Of a stretch of DNA of 64,000 bases, positions 53,758 to 61,217 are shown piece by piece. The DNA lies in the NCBI GenBank assembly GCA_035473255.1, contig DATIOK010000130.1, forward strand, positions 1,211-65,210, given 5' to 3'. A model generated the notes under the pieces. It saw nothing but the letters and a program-made list of their open reading frames with translations. It searched no databases and was not told the DNA's origin. The position numbers and the translations under genes are program-made. Position 1 is the first letter of the stretch; each line of letters begins with the position of its first letter. This DNA comes from Gaiellales bacterium (lineage in GTDB: Bacteria; Actinomycetota; Thermoleophilia; Gaiellales; JAICJC01).

Positions 53758-54851
53758 CAGTCCCGCGAGGGCCGCGACGCGTTTCGCATCTGCTTGCTCA
53801 GCGTCTTCCACTGCTGCCGCTGTTCCGAGCGCGCGCGCTTGTCCTGCTTCAGCTCCTGGAAGCGCAGCTCCCGCAGCAGCTTGTTGTAGCTCTCCAATCG
53901 GTCCGGGGCGAGCGTGCCGGCTGTGATCGCCGCGGTCACGGCGCAGCCGGGTTCGCCCTCGTGCTTGCAGTCGCTGAACCGGCAGCCGGCCGCCAGCTCG
54001 TGCACGTCTGCGAAGGTCTGCTCGAGGCCGTCCCCGTCGCCGTCCCACATGCTCACCGACCGCATGCCCGGCGTGTCGATCAGCACCCCGCCCGACGGCA
54101 GCGGGATCAGCTCGCGGTGCGAGGTCGTATGCCGGCCGCGGCCGTCCGGCCGCACGTCCTGCGTCCGCAGCCGCTCCTCGCCCACCAGCCTGTTGATCAG
54201 CGTGGACTTGCCCGCACCCGACAGCCCCAGCAGCGCCACCGTGCGATTCCCCCTGATGTGCGCGTCGAGCGCCTCGAGGCCATCGCCGGTGGCGGCGCTG
54301 ATCGCGAGCACATCGGTGCCGAACGCGATCGACTCCGCCTCCAGCACGAACCGCTCCGTGTCCTCGCAGAGGTCGGTCTTGGTCAGCAGGATCACCGGCT
54401 GCGCGCCGCTCTGCCAGCCCAGCGTCAGGTACCGCTCCAGCCGGCGCAGGCTGAACCGCTGGTCGAGCGAGTTGACGAGGAACACGACGTCGATGTTGGC
54501 CGCCACCACCTGCCCGATCGTCTCCTCGCCGGAGGCCTGCCGCGTGAATGCGGTTCGCCGTTCCATCAGCGCCCGCAGGACGGCGTCGTCGCCGCCCGGG
54601 ACGGCCGGGGTCACCGCCGCCCAGTCGCCCACGGCCGGCGTCTCGAACCGTGGCGGCACCACCGCCCGGTGCACGGCCGTCGCGGCGAACACCGTGCAGA
54701 TGCCGCGGTCGACGCGTGCGATGCGCCCGGGCACGCTGCCCGGTTCGCCCAGCTGTGCGAACTCCTCGTCCCGGGCTTGATCCCAGCCCAGCTGCTGCAA
54801 ACGCTCAGATTCGGGCGGCCCGTCCTCGGGCCACCAGGAAATGTCACTCAC
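53757..54851 (-). CDS. rsgA: ribosome small-subunit-dependent GTPase A
   Basis: G-motifs LLTKTDL and GLSGAGKSTLINRL, and a zinc knuckle FSDCKHEGEPGCAV. The GTG at 54851 is preceded by GGAGAG; the track's TTG start at 54938 is an alternative. Confidence 0.88.
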   Translation of the reverse strand: MSDISWWPEDGPPESERLQQLGWDQARDEEFAQLGEPGSVPGRIARVDRGICTVFAATAVHRAVVPPRFETPAVGDWAAVTPAVPGGDDAVLRALMERRTAFTRQASGEETIGQVVAANIDVVFLVNSLDQRFSLRRLERYLTLGWQSGAQPVILLTKTDLCEDTERFVLEAESIAFGTDVLAISAATGDGLEALDAHIRGNRTVALLGLSGAGKSTLINRLVGEERLRTQDVRPDGRGRHTTSHRELIPLPSGGVLIDTPGMRSVSMWDGDGDGLEQTFADVHELAAGCRFSDCKHEGEPGCAVTAAITAGTLAPDRLESYNKLLRELRFQELKQDKRARSEQRQQWKTLSKQMRNASRPSRD

Positions 54852-54906
54852 GTGGATATCTCTCCAGGGGTTGATGGGTTCCCCGGAGGCCGCGGCGCGC
54901 GGTCGA

Positions 54907-54963
54907 TCAGCGCTGTCGGGGCAGGCGGGGACGTGCAAGCTGGATTACCGATTTCATCCTCAT
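54907..54963 (-). CDS. candidate 18-aa upstream sORF (MRMKSVIQLARPRLPRQR)
   Basis: ATG at 54963 preceded by GGGAGG at 8-nt spacing. Lies in a lower-GC patch upstream of rsgA. Very speculative. Confidence 0.15.
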   Translation of the reverse strand: MRMKSVIQLARPRLPRQR

Positions 54964-54964
54964 G

Positions 54965-55179
54965 GTCCGCACCTCCCTGCCGATTGCACTACAGCGACTC
55001 CAATACCATAGCAATCAACGGCACGAGGTATTGCGCGCGGGGGCAAGGGGGTCGCTACCATGCCCGGCGTGCTCCAACACCGGGGTCGGTGGGTCCGTAC
55101 CCCGAATGCGCTCGATCTGCTCGCGTAGGTGACAGCTTCGCGTGGGCGCAGCTCTGTCCCCGAGTAGGAGGTCCCGATC
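54965..55179 (+). promoter_or_regulatory. structured 5' leader of the Rpf-like gene; possible ydaO (c-di-AMP) riboswitch-like element
   Basis: Contains GCAAUC, GCGCGGGGGCA, ACCGGGGUC, ACCCCGAAU and GUGACAGCU..CGCGUGGGCG blocks, reminiscent of ydaO conserved blocks in the same order. ACCTCC (54971-54976) can pair with the SD GGAGGT (55167-55172). Confidence 0.3.
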
Positions 55180-55206
55180 CTGAGGAAACACCTGTTTGTT
55201 GCCGTT

Positions 55207-55725
55207 TTGATGCTGGCGGCCATCACCCTGACAGTATCTGCACACCGCGCCAGCGCCGCCGTGACGGCGAGCGCGGCTTATCAGAAGGCCGTTCACAGCT
55301 GGCGCCACGAGGCCCGCTTCCGTCGCAACCAGGCCTCCCACCTGGCCCGCCGCCTGGGCGTTCACTACCGCCCCCGCCGGGCCGAGATCCACATGAACAG
55401 GATCGTCCGCCTGCAGCACCTGACGCGACACTACCGGCTCCGCGGCAACCACTTCCGCAGGATCATCCGCCAGCGGTTCCCCCACCTGATGTGCATCCAC
55501 CACTACGAGGGCAGCTGGTCCGCCTACAACCCCGCCGGCTACTACGGCGGCTTCCAGATGGACGCCTCGTTCATGCAGCACTGGGGCGCGGACAAGCTGC
55601 GCAAGTACCGGGGCCGCGATGCTCGGTACTGGTCGGCCGCCGACCAGCTCGCTGTCGCCAGCCGTGCGGTCGCACACATCGGCTACAGCCCGTGGCCGAA
55701 CACCGGGGCCATGTGCGGGCTGTAA
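55207..55725 (+). CDS. secreted transglycosylase-like (resuscitation-promoting-factor-like) protein
   Basis: Signal peptide, then CIHHYEGSWSAYNPAGYYGGFQMD...WPNTGAMCGL (Rpf/transglycosylase-like domain). The frame is open from 55168. A CTG at 55180, 8 nt after AGGAGG, may be the true start. Confidence 0.75.
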   Translation: MMLAAITLTVSAHRASAAVTASAAYQKAVHSWRHEARFRRNQASHLARRLGVHYRPRRAEIHMNRIVRLQHLTRHYRLRGNHFRRIIRQRFPHLMCIHHYEGSWSAYNPAGYYGGFQMDASFMQHWGADKLRKYRGRDARYWSAADQLAVASRAVAHIGYSPWPNTGAMCGL

Positions 55726-55796
55726 CCTCCGCATAATCGCCGCCGCGCTCGCGGGAACGGCTCAAGCGCGGGGCATGCCCGGCCGATGTCCTAGCG

Positions 55797-58394
55797 ATGG
55801 CTTCTGCCGATCGTCTCCGTGCGCTTGTCGACCTGTCCCGGGCGCTCTCCTCCAGCCTGGATCTGGAGGACGTGCTGCGGTGTTTCACGGCCCACGCGAC
55901 GGCCGTGAACGGCGCGGCGGCGACCGCAGTCTCGCTGTGGGAGCGGGACCGCGATGTGCTGATCACCCTCACCGATTACGAGAACCACATCGTTGGCCAG
56001 ATCGCCGAGGCCGATGTCGAGTACGCCCTGGGCGACTTCCCGCTCTCGCGCCGCGTGATGGAGGAGCGGAGCGCGGTCGTGGTGCGCGCCTCCGACCCCG
56101 AGTGCGACCCTCACGAGCGCAGCGTCCTGCTCAAGGAGGGCTACGAGACGATGCTGATGCTGCCGCTGGTGTCGCGCGGCGAGACGATCGGGCTGATGGA
56201 GTTCGCCGACGTCACCGATCGCTCGTGGGACCCGGAGATGGAGTTCTTCGGCGCGCTCACCGACGTGGTTGCGGCCGCTGTCCACAACGCGGTGCTGCAC
56301 GATGAGTTCCGCGAGGCCCAGGAGCGCTACCGGGTGCTGGTCGAGAACCTGCCCGCGATCACCTACGTCGATCTGGCCGGCAGCGGCGATCCCCTCTACG
56401 TCAGCCCTCAGATCGAGGAGCTGATGGGCATCCCCGCCGACGAGTGGCTGGACGGCTTCAACGGCTGGGAGCGGAGGATGCATCCCGACGACCGCCACAC
56501 CATCGCCGAGTACAGGCGCACGGTCGAGACCGGCGAGCCCTACTCCGCGTCCTACCGGATGCAGGGACTGGACGGCCGCATGCGCTGGTTCCGCGACGAC
56601 GCGGCCGCCGTGCGCGACGAGACCGGCACCCCCCGGTTCATCCAGGGCGTGATCTTCGATGTGACCAAGCAGAAGGAGGCCGAGGGCGCGCTGCAGGCCT
56701 CCGAGGCGCGCTTCCGCGAGATGCTCGAGAACGTGCGCCTGGCCGCGGTCGTCACCGACCTCGAGGGCCGCATCACGTTCTGCAACGAGTACCTGGCCGA
56801 ACTTTCGGGCTGGTGGGAGGACGAGCTGCTGGGCCGCATCTGGTCGGAGACCTTCACTCCACCCGACGAGCTGGAGATGGAACAGCGCGCCCAGCGCGGG
56901 ATCGAGCGCGGCAGCGTGATCGCCCACTACGAGAGCTCGATCCTGACCCGCTCCGGCGAGCGGCGGCTGTTCTCCTGGAACAACACCCTGCTCCGCGACG
57001 CCAACGGCGACGTGGTCGGCCAGGCGTCGGTGGGCGAGGACATCACCGATCGCCGGCGCGCCGAGCACGAGCTGGAGCGGCTTGCCTTCCACGACCCGCT
57101 GACCGGCCTGCCGAACCGGATCCTGTTCCACGAGCACCTCGATGTGGCGCTGGCGCGCGCACAGCGGGCGGGCTGCGGCGTCGCCGTGCTGTACGTCGAC
57201 CTGGACGACTTCAAGCTGGTGAATGACAGCTTCGGGCACAACGCCGGTGACGAGCTGCTGTGCGAGGTGGCGGCGCGGCTGACGGGATCGACCCGCGCCG
57301 CCGACGTGGTTGCCCGCCAGGGCGGCGACGAGTTCCTGATCCTGATCGCCGACGTCGAGACCAACGAGGGCGGTGACGTCGTCGACGTGGGGGACGTCGC
57401 CCGCCGCGTCGCCGAGCAGGTGCGCGCGGAGCTACAGCGGCCGCTGATGCTGGCTGACACCGAGATCTACACCAGCGCCAGCCTCGGGATCAGCCTCTAC
57501 CCGGCCGACGCACCCGACGCGGAGAGCCTGCTCAAGCACGCTGACATCGCGATGTATAAGGCCAAGGAGTCCGGCCGCGACGGCTACCAGCTGTTCTCCT
57601 CCACCGGCCACGATCCGCGCGCCCAGCTGTCGATGGCCGGCCGTCTGCGGCGGGCGGTCGAGCGCGATCAGCTGATGCTGCACTACCAGCCGCTGGTGTC
57701 GCTGGCGACCGGCGAGTACGTCGGAGCGGAGGCGCTGCTGCGCTGGCAGGACGATCAGAACGGCCTGGTGATGCCGGGCGACTTCATCCCGCTGGCCGAG
57801 CGCACCGGGCTGATCGGCCCGATCTCGGAGTGGGTGATCGAGGAGGCCTGCCGCCAGAGCGCCGAGTGGCGCTCGATGGGGCTCGACCTGTACGTGTCGG
57901 TGAACCTGCCGGCGGTGTTCTGGCAGCCGACCGCCATGCGGCAGGTGCTGGCCACGATCGAGCGGTTCGGCCTGTCCGCCGACCGCATGATGGTCGAGAT
58001 CACCGAGTCGACCGTGATGGCCGACGCGCTGCGCTCGGAGCCGATCATCGCCGAGCTCCACGAGCGCGGCCTGCGGCTGGCGATCGACGACTTCGGCACC
58101 GGGCACTCCTCGCTGGCGCGGCTGAACCAGATGCTGGTGACCACCCTCAAGATCGACCGGTCGTTCATCGCCGACCTGCCGGGCGACCCCAGCGCGGCCG
58201 TGCTCGTGGCGACCATCATCCAGCTCGCCCACAACCTCGGTCTGCATCCGCTGGCGGAGGGCATCGAGACCGAGGAGCAGCGCACGTTCCTGGTCGAGAA
58301 CGGCTGCCAGCTGGGCCAGGGCTTCCTCTTCTCCAAGGCCGTGCCTGCAGACCGGATCGTGGCGCTGCACAACGCCATGCGCGACGCCGCCTGA
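55797..58394 (+). CDS. GAF-PAS-PAS-GGDEF-EAL signalling protein
   Basis: 865-aa ORF with an N-terminal GAF domain, two PAS segments, RQGGDEF, and EALLRW plus DDFGTGHSSL. Confidence 0.9.
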   Translation: MASADRLRALVDLSRALSSSLDLEDVLRCFTAHATAVNGAAATAVSLWERDRDVLITLTDYENHIVGQIAEADVEYALGDFPLSRRVMEERSAVVVRASDPECDPHERSVLLKEGYETMLMLPLVSRGETIGLMEFADVTDRSWDPEMEFFGALTDVVAAAVHNAVLHDEFREAQERYRVLVENLPAITYVDLAGSGDPLYVSPQIEELMGIPADEWLDGFNGWERRMHPDDRHTIAEYRRTVETGEPYSASYRMQGLDGRMRWFRDDAAAVRDETGTPRFIQGVIFDVTKQKEAEGALQASEARFREMLENVRLAAVVTDLEGRITFCNEYLAELSGWWEDELLGRIWSETFTPPDELEMEQRAQRGIERGSVIAHYESSILTRSGERRLFSWNNTLLRDANGDVVGQASVGEDITDRRRAEHELERLAFHDPLTGLPNRILFHEHLDVALARAQRAGCGVAVLYVDLDDFKLVNDSFGHNAGDELLCEVAARLTGSTRAADVVARQGGDEFLILIADVETNEGGDVVDVGDVARRVAEQVRAELQRPLMLADTEIYTSASLGISLYPADAPDAESLLKHADIAMYKAKESGRDGYQLFSSTGHDPRAQLSMAGRLRRAVERDQLMLHYQPLVSLATGEYVGAEALLRWQDDQNGLVMPGDFIPLAERTGLIGPISEWVIEEACRQSAEWRSMGLDLYVSVNLPAVFWQPTAMRQVLATIERFGLSADRMMVEITESTVMADALRSEPIIAELHERGLRLAIDDFGTGHSSLARLNQMLVTTLKIDRSFIADLPGDPSAAVLVATIIQLAHNLGLHPLAEGIETEEQRTFLVENGCQLGQGFLFSKAVPADRIVALHNAMRDAA

Positions 58395-58408
58395 CTATCC
58401 TTCGGGGT

Positions 58409-59032
58409 ATGCCGATCACGATCACCGATGCTGCGCTTCGGCGCGTGCTCGAGGTGCGCGCCCGCGAGCACGAGCCCGAGGGGCTGGCGCTGTGGGTCGA
58501 GATCGTGGGCGTGGCGGGTGCCGCCTACCAGTACGACATGTCGTTCCTGCGCCACGACGAGATCGACGAGACGGACGTGGTGGTGACCAGCGGCGGGCTG
58601 CAGGTCGTGGTGCCGCGGCTGGATGCGCCCGCCCTCGACGAGGCCACGATCGCGATCGACGAGCGGCTGGGCGGGGGGCTCGTGATCGAGAACCCCAAGC
58701 TGCCGGCACAGACCAGCCCGGCCCTGCGCCTGCCGGAGCTGCCCGAGCTGCAGGGCGATGCCGCGGCCCGCGTGCGCCAGGTGCTGGAGCTGCAGGTGAA
58801 CCCGGCGATCGCGTCGCACGGCGGCCACGCCGAGCTGGTGGCGGTCGAGGGTGACAGCGCCTTCCTGCGCCTCGGCGGCGGCTGCGTCGGCTGCGGCATG
58901 GTGGCGGTGACGCTGAAGCAGGGCGTCGAGTCGGCGATCCGGGCCGGGGTGCCCGAGATCACCCGCGTGGTGGATGTGACCGACCACGCATCGGGCACCA
59001 ACCCGTACTACGAGCCCACCGCGCACGGCTAG
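58409..59032 (+). CDS. NfuA-like Fe-S cluster carrier (degenerate A-type domain plus NifU C-terminal domain)
   Basis: ATG at 58409 (MPITITDAALRRVLEV) with the Nfu motif GGGCVGCGM near the C-terminus. Confidence 0.8.
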   Translation: MPITITDAALRRVLEVRAREHEPEGLALWVEIVGVAGAAYQYDMSFLRHDEIDETDVVVTSGGLQVVVPRLDAPALDEATIAIDERLGGGLVIENPKLPAQTSPALRLPELPELQGDAAARVRQVLELQVNPAIASHGGHAELVAVEGDSAFLRLGGGCVGCGMVAVTLKQGVESAIRAGVPEITRVVDVTDHASGTNPYYEPTAHG

Positions 59033-59036
59033 CTAT

Positions 59037-59052
59037 CGGGGCGAAAGCCCCG
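59037..59052. terminator. bidirectional GC hairpin with GAAA tetraloop
   Basis: CGGGGC-GAAA-GCCCCG, 5 nt after the nfu-like stop. Confidence 0.5.
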
Positions 59053-59063
59053 TTGTCACCGTC

Positions 59064-59245
59064 GAATACTCGCAAAATGCGCGAATTATCCGCTTGCACA
59101 CCATCCGGCGGTGCCATAGGTTTCCTTCTGCGCCGCTCAGGGCAGCCGAGTAGGTTGAACCCGGTCGGACGGATCGTAGAGGCGACTCGAAAGTTCGTTC
59201 GGTCGGTGGACGAAAGGCAAGCCGGGGCGGCGAATCTTTGGTCCC
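59064..59245. repeat. 182-nt repeat, copy 1 (3' flank of adenine deaminase gene)
   Basis: Gap-free alignment to 60975-61156 (156/182 identical by hand count), in the same orientation. It ends 2 nt from the ade stop codon. Confidence 0.9.
59187..59202. promoter_or_regulatory. LexA-box-like palindrome inside repeat copy 1
   Basis: TCGAAAGTTCGTTCGG versus the actinobacterial SOS box TCGAAC-N4-GTTCGA (2 mismatches). Confidence 0.2.
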
Positions 59246-59247
59246 GT

Positions 59248-60945
59248 TCAGTCTTCCGCGGCCAGGCTCACCAGCCTGAACTGATCCACGTCCACCAGTC
59301 CCTGGTCGGTGATCTTGAGCGACGGGATCACCGACAGCGCCAGGAAGCTCATTGCGTGGAACGGCGCCTCGACGGTACAGCCGAGCGCCACGGCCGCATC
59401 TGACAGCGCCTCGCTCTGTGCCAGCACCACGTCCAGCGGCTGGTCGCTGAGCAGCCCAGCCACCGGCAGCGGCAGCTCCGCTCGCACGCCGCGGCCCTCG
59501 ACGGCCACCATGCCTCCGCCCAGCTCGGCCAGGCGTCCGATCGCGCGCGCCATGTCGCCGTCGTCCACGCCCACGCAGACGATGTTGTGCGCGTCGTGGG
59601 CGACGGTGCTCGCGATCGCCCCGCGCTGCAGCCCGAAGCCCTGAACGAATCCGAGCCCGACCCGGCCGGTGCCCAGGTGCCGCTCCGCGACCGCGATCTT
59701 GGCCAGGTTTCGGGCCGGGTCGGCCACGGCCAGCCCGTCCCGGACGGTCGCCGGCATCACCAGAGCCTCCGTCACGATCTGGCCCGGCACCAGGCCGATC
59801 ACGCGGATCGAACCGCCGTCGTCCGTCGTGTGCAGGTCGTTGGGCGAGATCGGCTGGATCCGCACGGTGCGCCGCGCCCACTCCGGCACCGGCGGCGCGA
59901 CCGGCGGCGCCGGCACCAGCCCGTCCTTGAGCACCACGTCCGGCAGGAACCGCTCGAGGTCGGGCAGCACCAGCAGATCGGCTCGCCGCCCCGGCGCGAT
60001 CGCGCCGCGGTCGCCCAATCCGTGCCAGGCGGCCGCGTTGCAGGAGGCCATCGCCAGCGCGTCGCGGGCATCCACCCCCGACTCCACCGCCCGGCGCACC
60101 ATCGAGTTGACATGGCCCTCGCGGGCGATATGCCCGGGCTCGCGGTCATCGGTGCAGAACGCGATCCGCCCGGGGCCGAACTCGTGCACGAGCGGCAGCA
60201 GCGCGTCCAGGTTCCGGGCACCCGACGCCTCGCGGATCAGCAGCCACATCCCCGCCCGCAGCCGCTCGCGGCCCTCCTGCTGCGTCGTCGCCTCGTGATC
60301 CGATCCGATCCCGGCGGCGGCGTACGCCTGCAGCCGGCGGCCGAGCACACCGGGGGCGTGGCCGTCGACGTGCTTCGCTCCCCCCAGGCCCAGCTTTGCG
60401 AGCTCGTCGGGATCACCGGCGATCACGCCCGGGAAGTTCATCATCTCGGCCAGGCCCAGCACGCTTCGGCGGCGCAGCAGCCCCTCCAGGTCACCTGTGG
60501 TGAGCGCCCGCCGCGGCGACTCGAACCGCGATGCCGGCACGCACGACGGGGCCATGAAGAACACGTCCAGCGACAGGTCGGCGCAGGCGTCGGCCAGCCA
60601 GTGCACGCCGTCGGTGCCGAGCACGTTCGCGATCTCGTGCGGGTCGGCGACCACCGACGTGGTGCCGAACGGCAGCACCAGCTTGGCGAACTCGTCCACC
60701 AGCAGCATCGATGACTCGAGGTGCAGGTGCGCATCGATCAGGCCGGGGACGACGTATCGCCCGCCGGCGTCCAGCGTGTCGCGGCCGCGGTACTCTCCGA
60801 CGCCGGCGATCCAGCCGTCGCACACGGCCACGTCGGCCTCGAGCCACTCGCGGGTGTACACCGACAGCACCCGGCCGCCGCGCACGACCAGGTCGGCGGG
60901 CTCGTCGCCGCGTGCCACCGCCAGCCGTCGCGCCAGGTCGGTCAT
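59248..60945 (-). CDS. ade: adenine deaminase
   Basis: 565-aa ORF with the amidohydrolase motif PGLIDAHLHLESS and the typical Ade family length and layout. Confidence 0.9.
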   Translation of the reverse strand: MTDLARRLAVARGDEPADLVVRGGRVLSVYTREWLEADVAVCDGWIAGVGEYRGRDTLDAGGRYVVPGLIDAHLHLESSMLLVDEFAKLVLPFGTTSVVADPHEIANVLGTDGVHWLADACADLSLDVFFMAPSCVPASRFESPRRALTTGDLEGLLRRRSVLGLAEMMNFPGVIAGDPDELAKLGLGGAKHVDGHAPGVLGRRLQAYAAAGIGSDHEATTQQEGRERLRAGMWLLIREASGARNLDALLPLVHEFGPGRIAFCTDDREPGHIAREGHVNSMVRRAVESGVDARDALAMASCNAAAWHGLGDRGAIAPGRRADLLVLPDLERFLPDVVLKDGLVPAPPVAPPVPEWARRTVRIQPISPNDLHTTDDGGSIRVIGLVPGQIVTEALVMPATVRDGLAVADPARNLAKIAVAERHLGTGRVGLGFVQGFGLQRGAIASTVAHDAHNIVCVGVDDGDMARAIGRLAELGGGMVAVEGRGVRAELPLPVAGLLSDQPLDVVLAQSEALSDAAVALGCTVEAPFHAMSFLALSVIPSLKITDQGLVDVDQFRLVSLAAED

Positions 60946-60953
60946 GGCCGCGA

Positions 60954-60959
60954 AGTCTA
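60954..60959 (-). promoter_or_regulatory. candidate -10 hexamer TAGACT for a (near-)leaderless ade transcript
   Basis: A TANNNT hexamer lies 8 nt upstream of the ATG, and there is no SD sequence before the start. Confidence 0.3.
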
Positions 60960-60974
60960 CGCGTTTTCTATTCT

Positions 60975-61156
60975 GAATACTCGCAAAGAGCGCGAATTAT
61001 GCGGTTGCAGAGCGGGTCTCGGTGCCATAGGTTTGCTTCTGCGCCGCTGAGGGCAGCCGAGTAGGTTGAAGCCAGGCGGACGGGCCGTAGAGGCGACTCG
61101 AAAGTTCGTTCGACTGGGGGACCAAAGGCCAGCCGGAGCGGCGAATCTTTGGTCCC
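60975..61156. repeat. 182-nt repeat, copy 2 (5' flank of ade / 3' flank of permease gene)
   Basis: See copy 1. It starts 29 nt upstream of the ade start and contains the hairpin GGGACCAAAG-N19-CTTTGGTCCC. Confidence 0.9.
61098..61113. promoter_or_regulatory. LexA-box-like palindrome inside repeat copy 2
   Basis: TCGAAAGTTCGTTCGA versus TCGAAC-N4-GTTCGA (1 mismatch). Confidence 0.25.
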
Positions 61157-61217
61157 AAACGACCAACGGCCCCCGCCGCAGCCGGAGCTGCGACGAGGGC
61201 CGTCCTCGTCTCTGGCG

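Noticed and set aside
53757-54938. Long version of rsgA starting at TTG 54938
   Set aside because: The extra 29 codons have no SD and a poor composition. The GTG at 54851, preceded by GGAGAG, is preferred, though the long form cannot be excluded.
59053-59403. Small ORFs running through the 182-nt repeats (59053..59403, 61066..61311, 60968..61318)
   Set aside because: Comparing the two repeat copies, substitutions are not biased to third codon positions in any frame and mostly change the amino acid. The repeats are therefore treated as non-coding.
60975-61156. Resemblance of the 182-nt repeat to ZTP (CCGUCCGCCUGG), cobalamin (GCCAGGCGGAC) or lysine (GUAGAGGCGA) riboswitch fragments
   Set aside because: Each is only a short isolated match. 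The surrounding conserved blocks and helices of those classes are absent, and one copy has no downstream gene to regulate.
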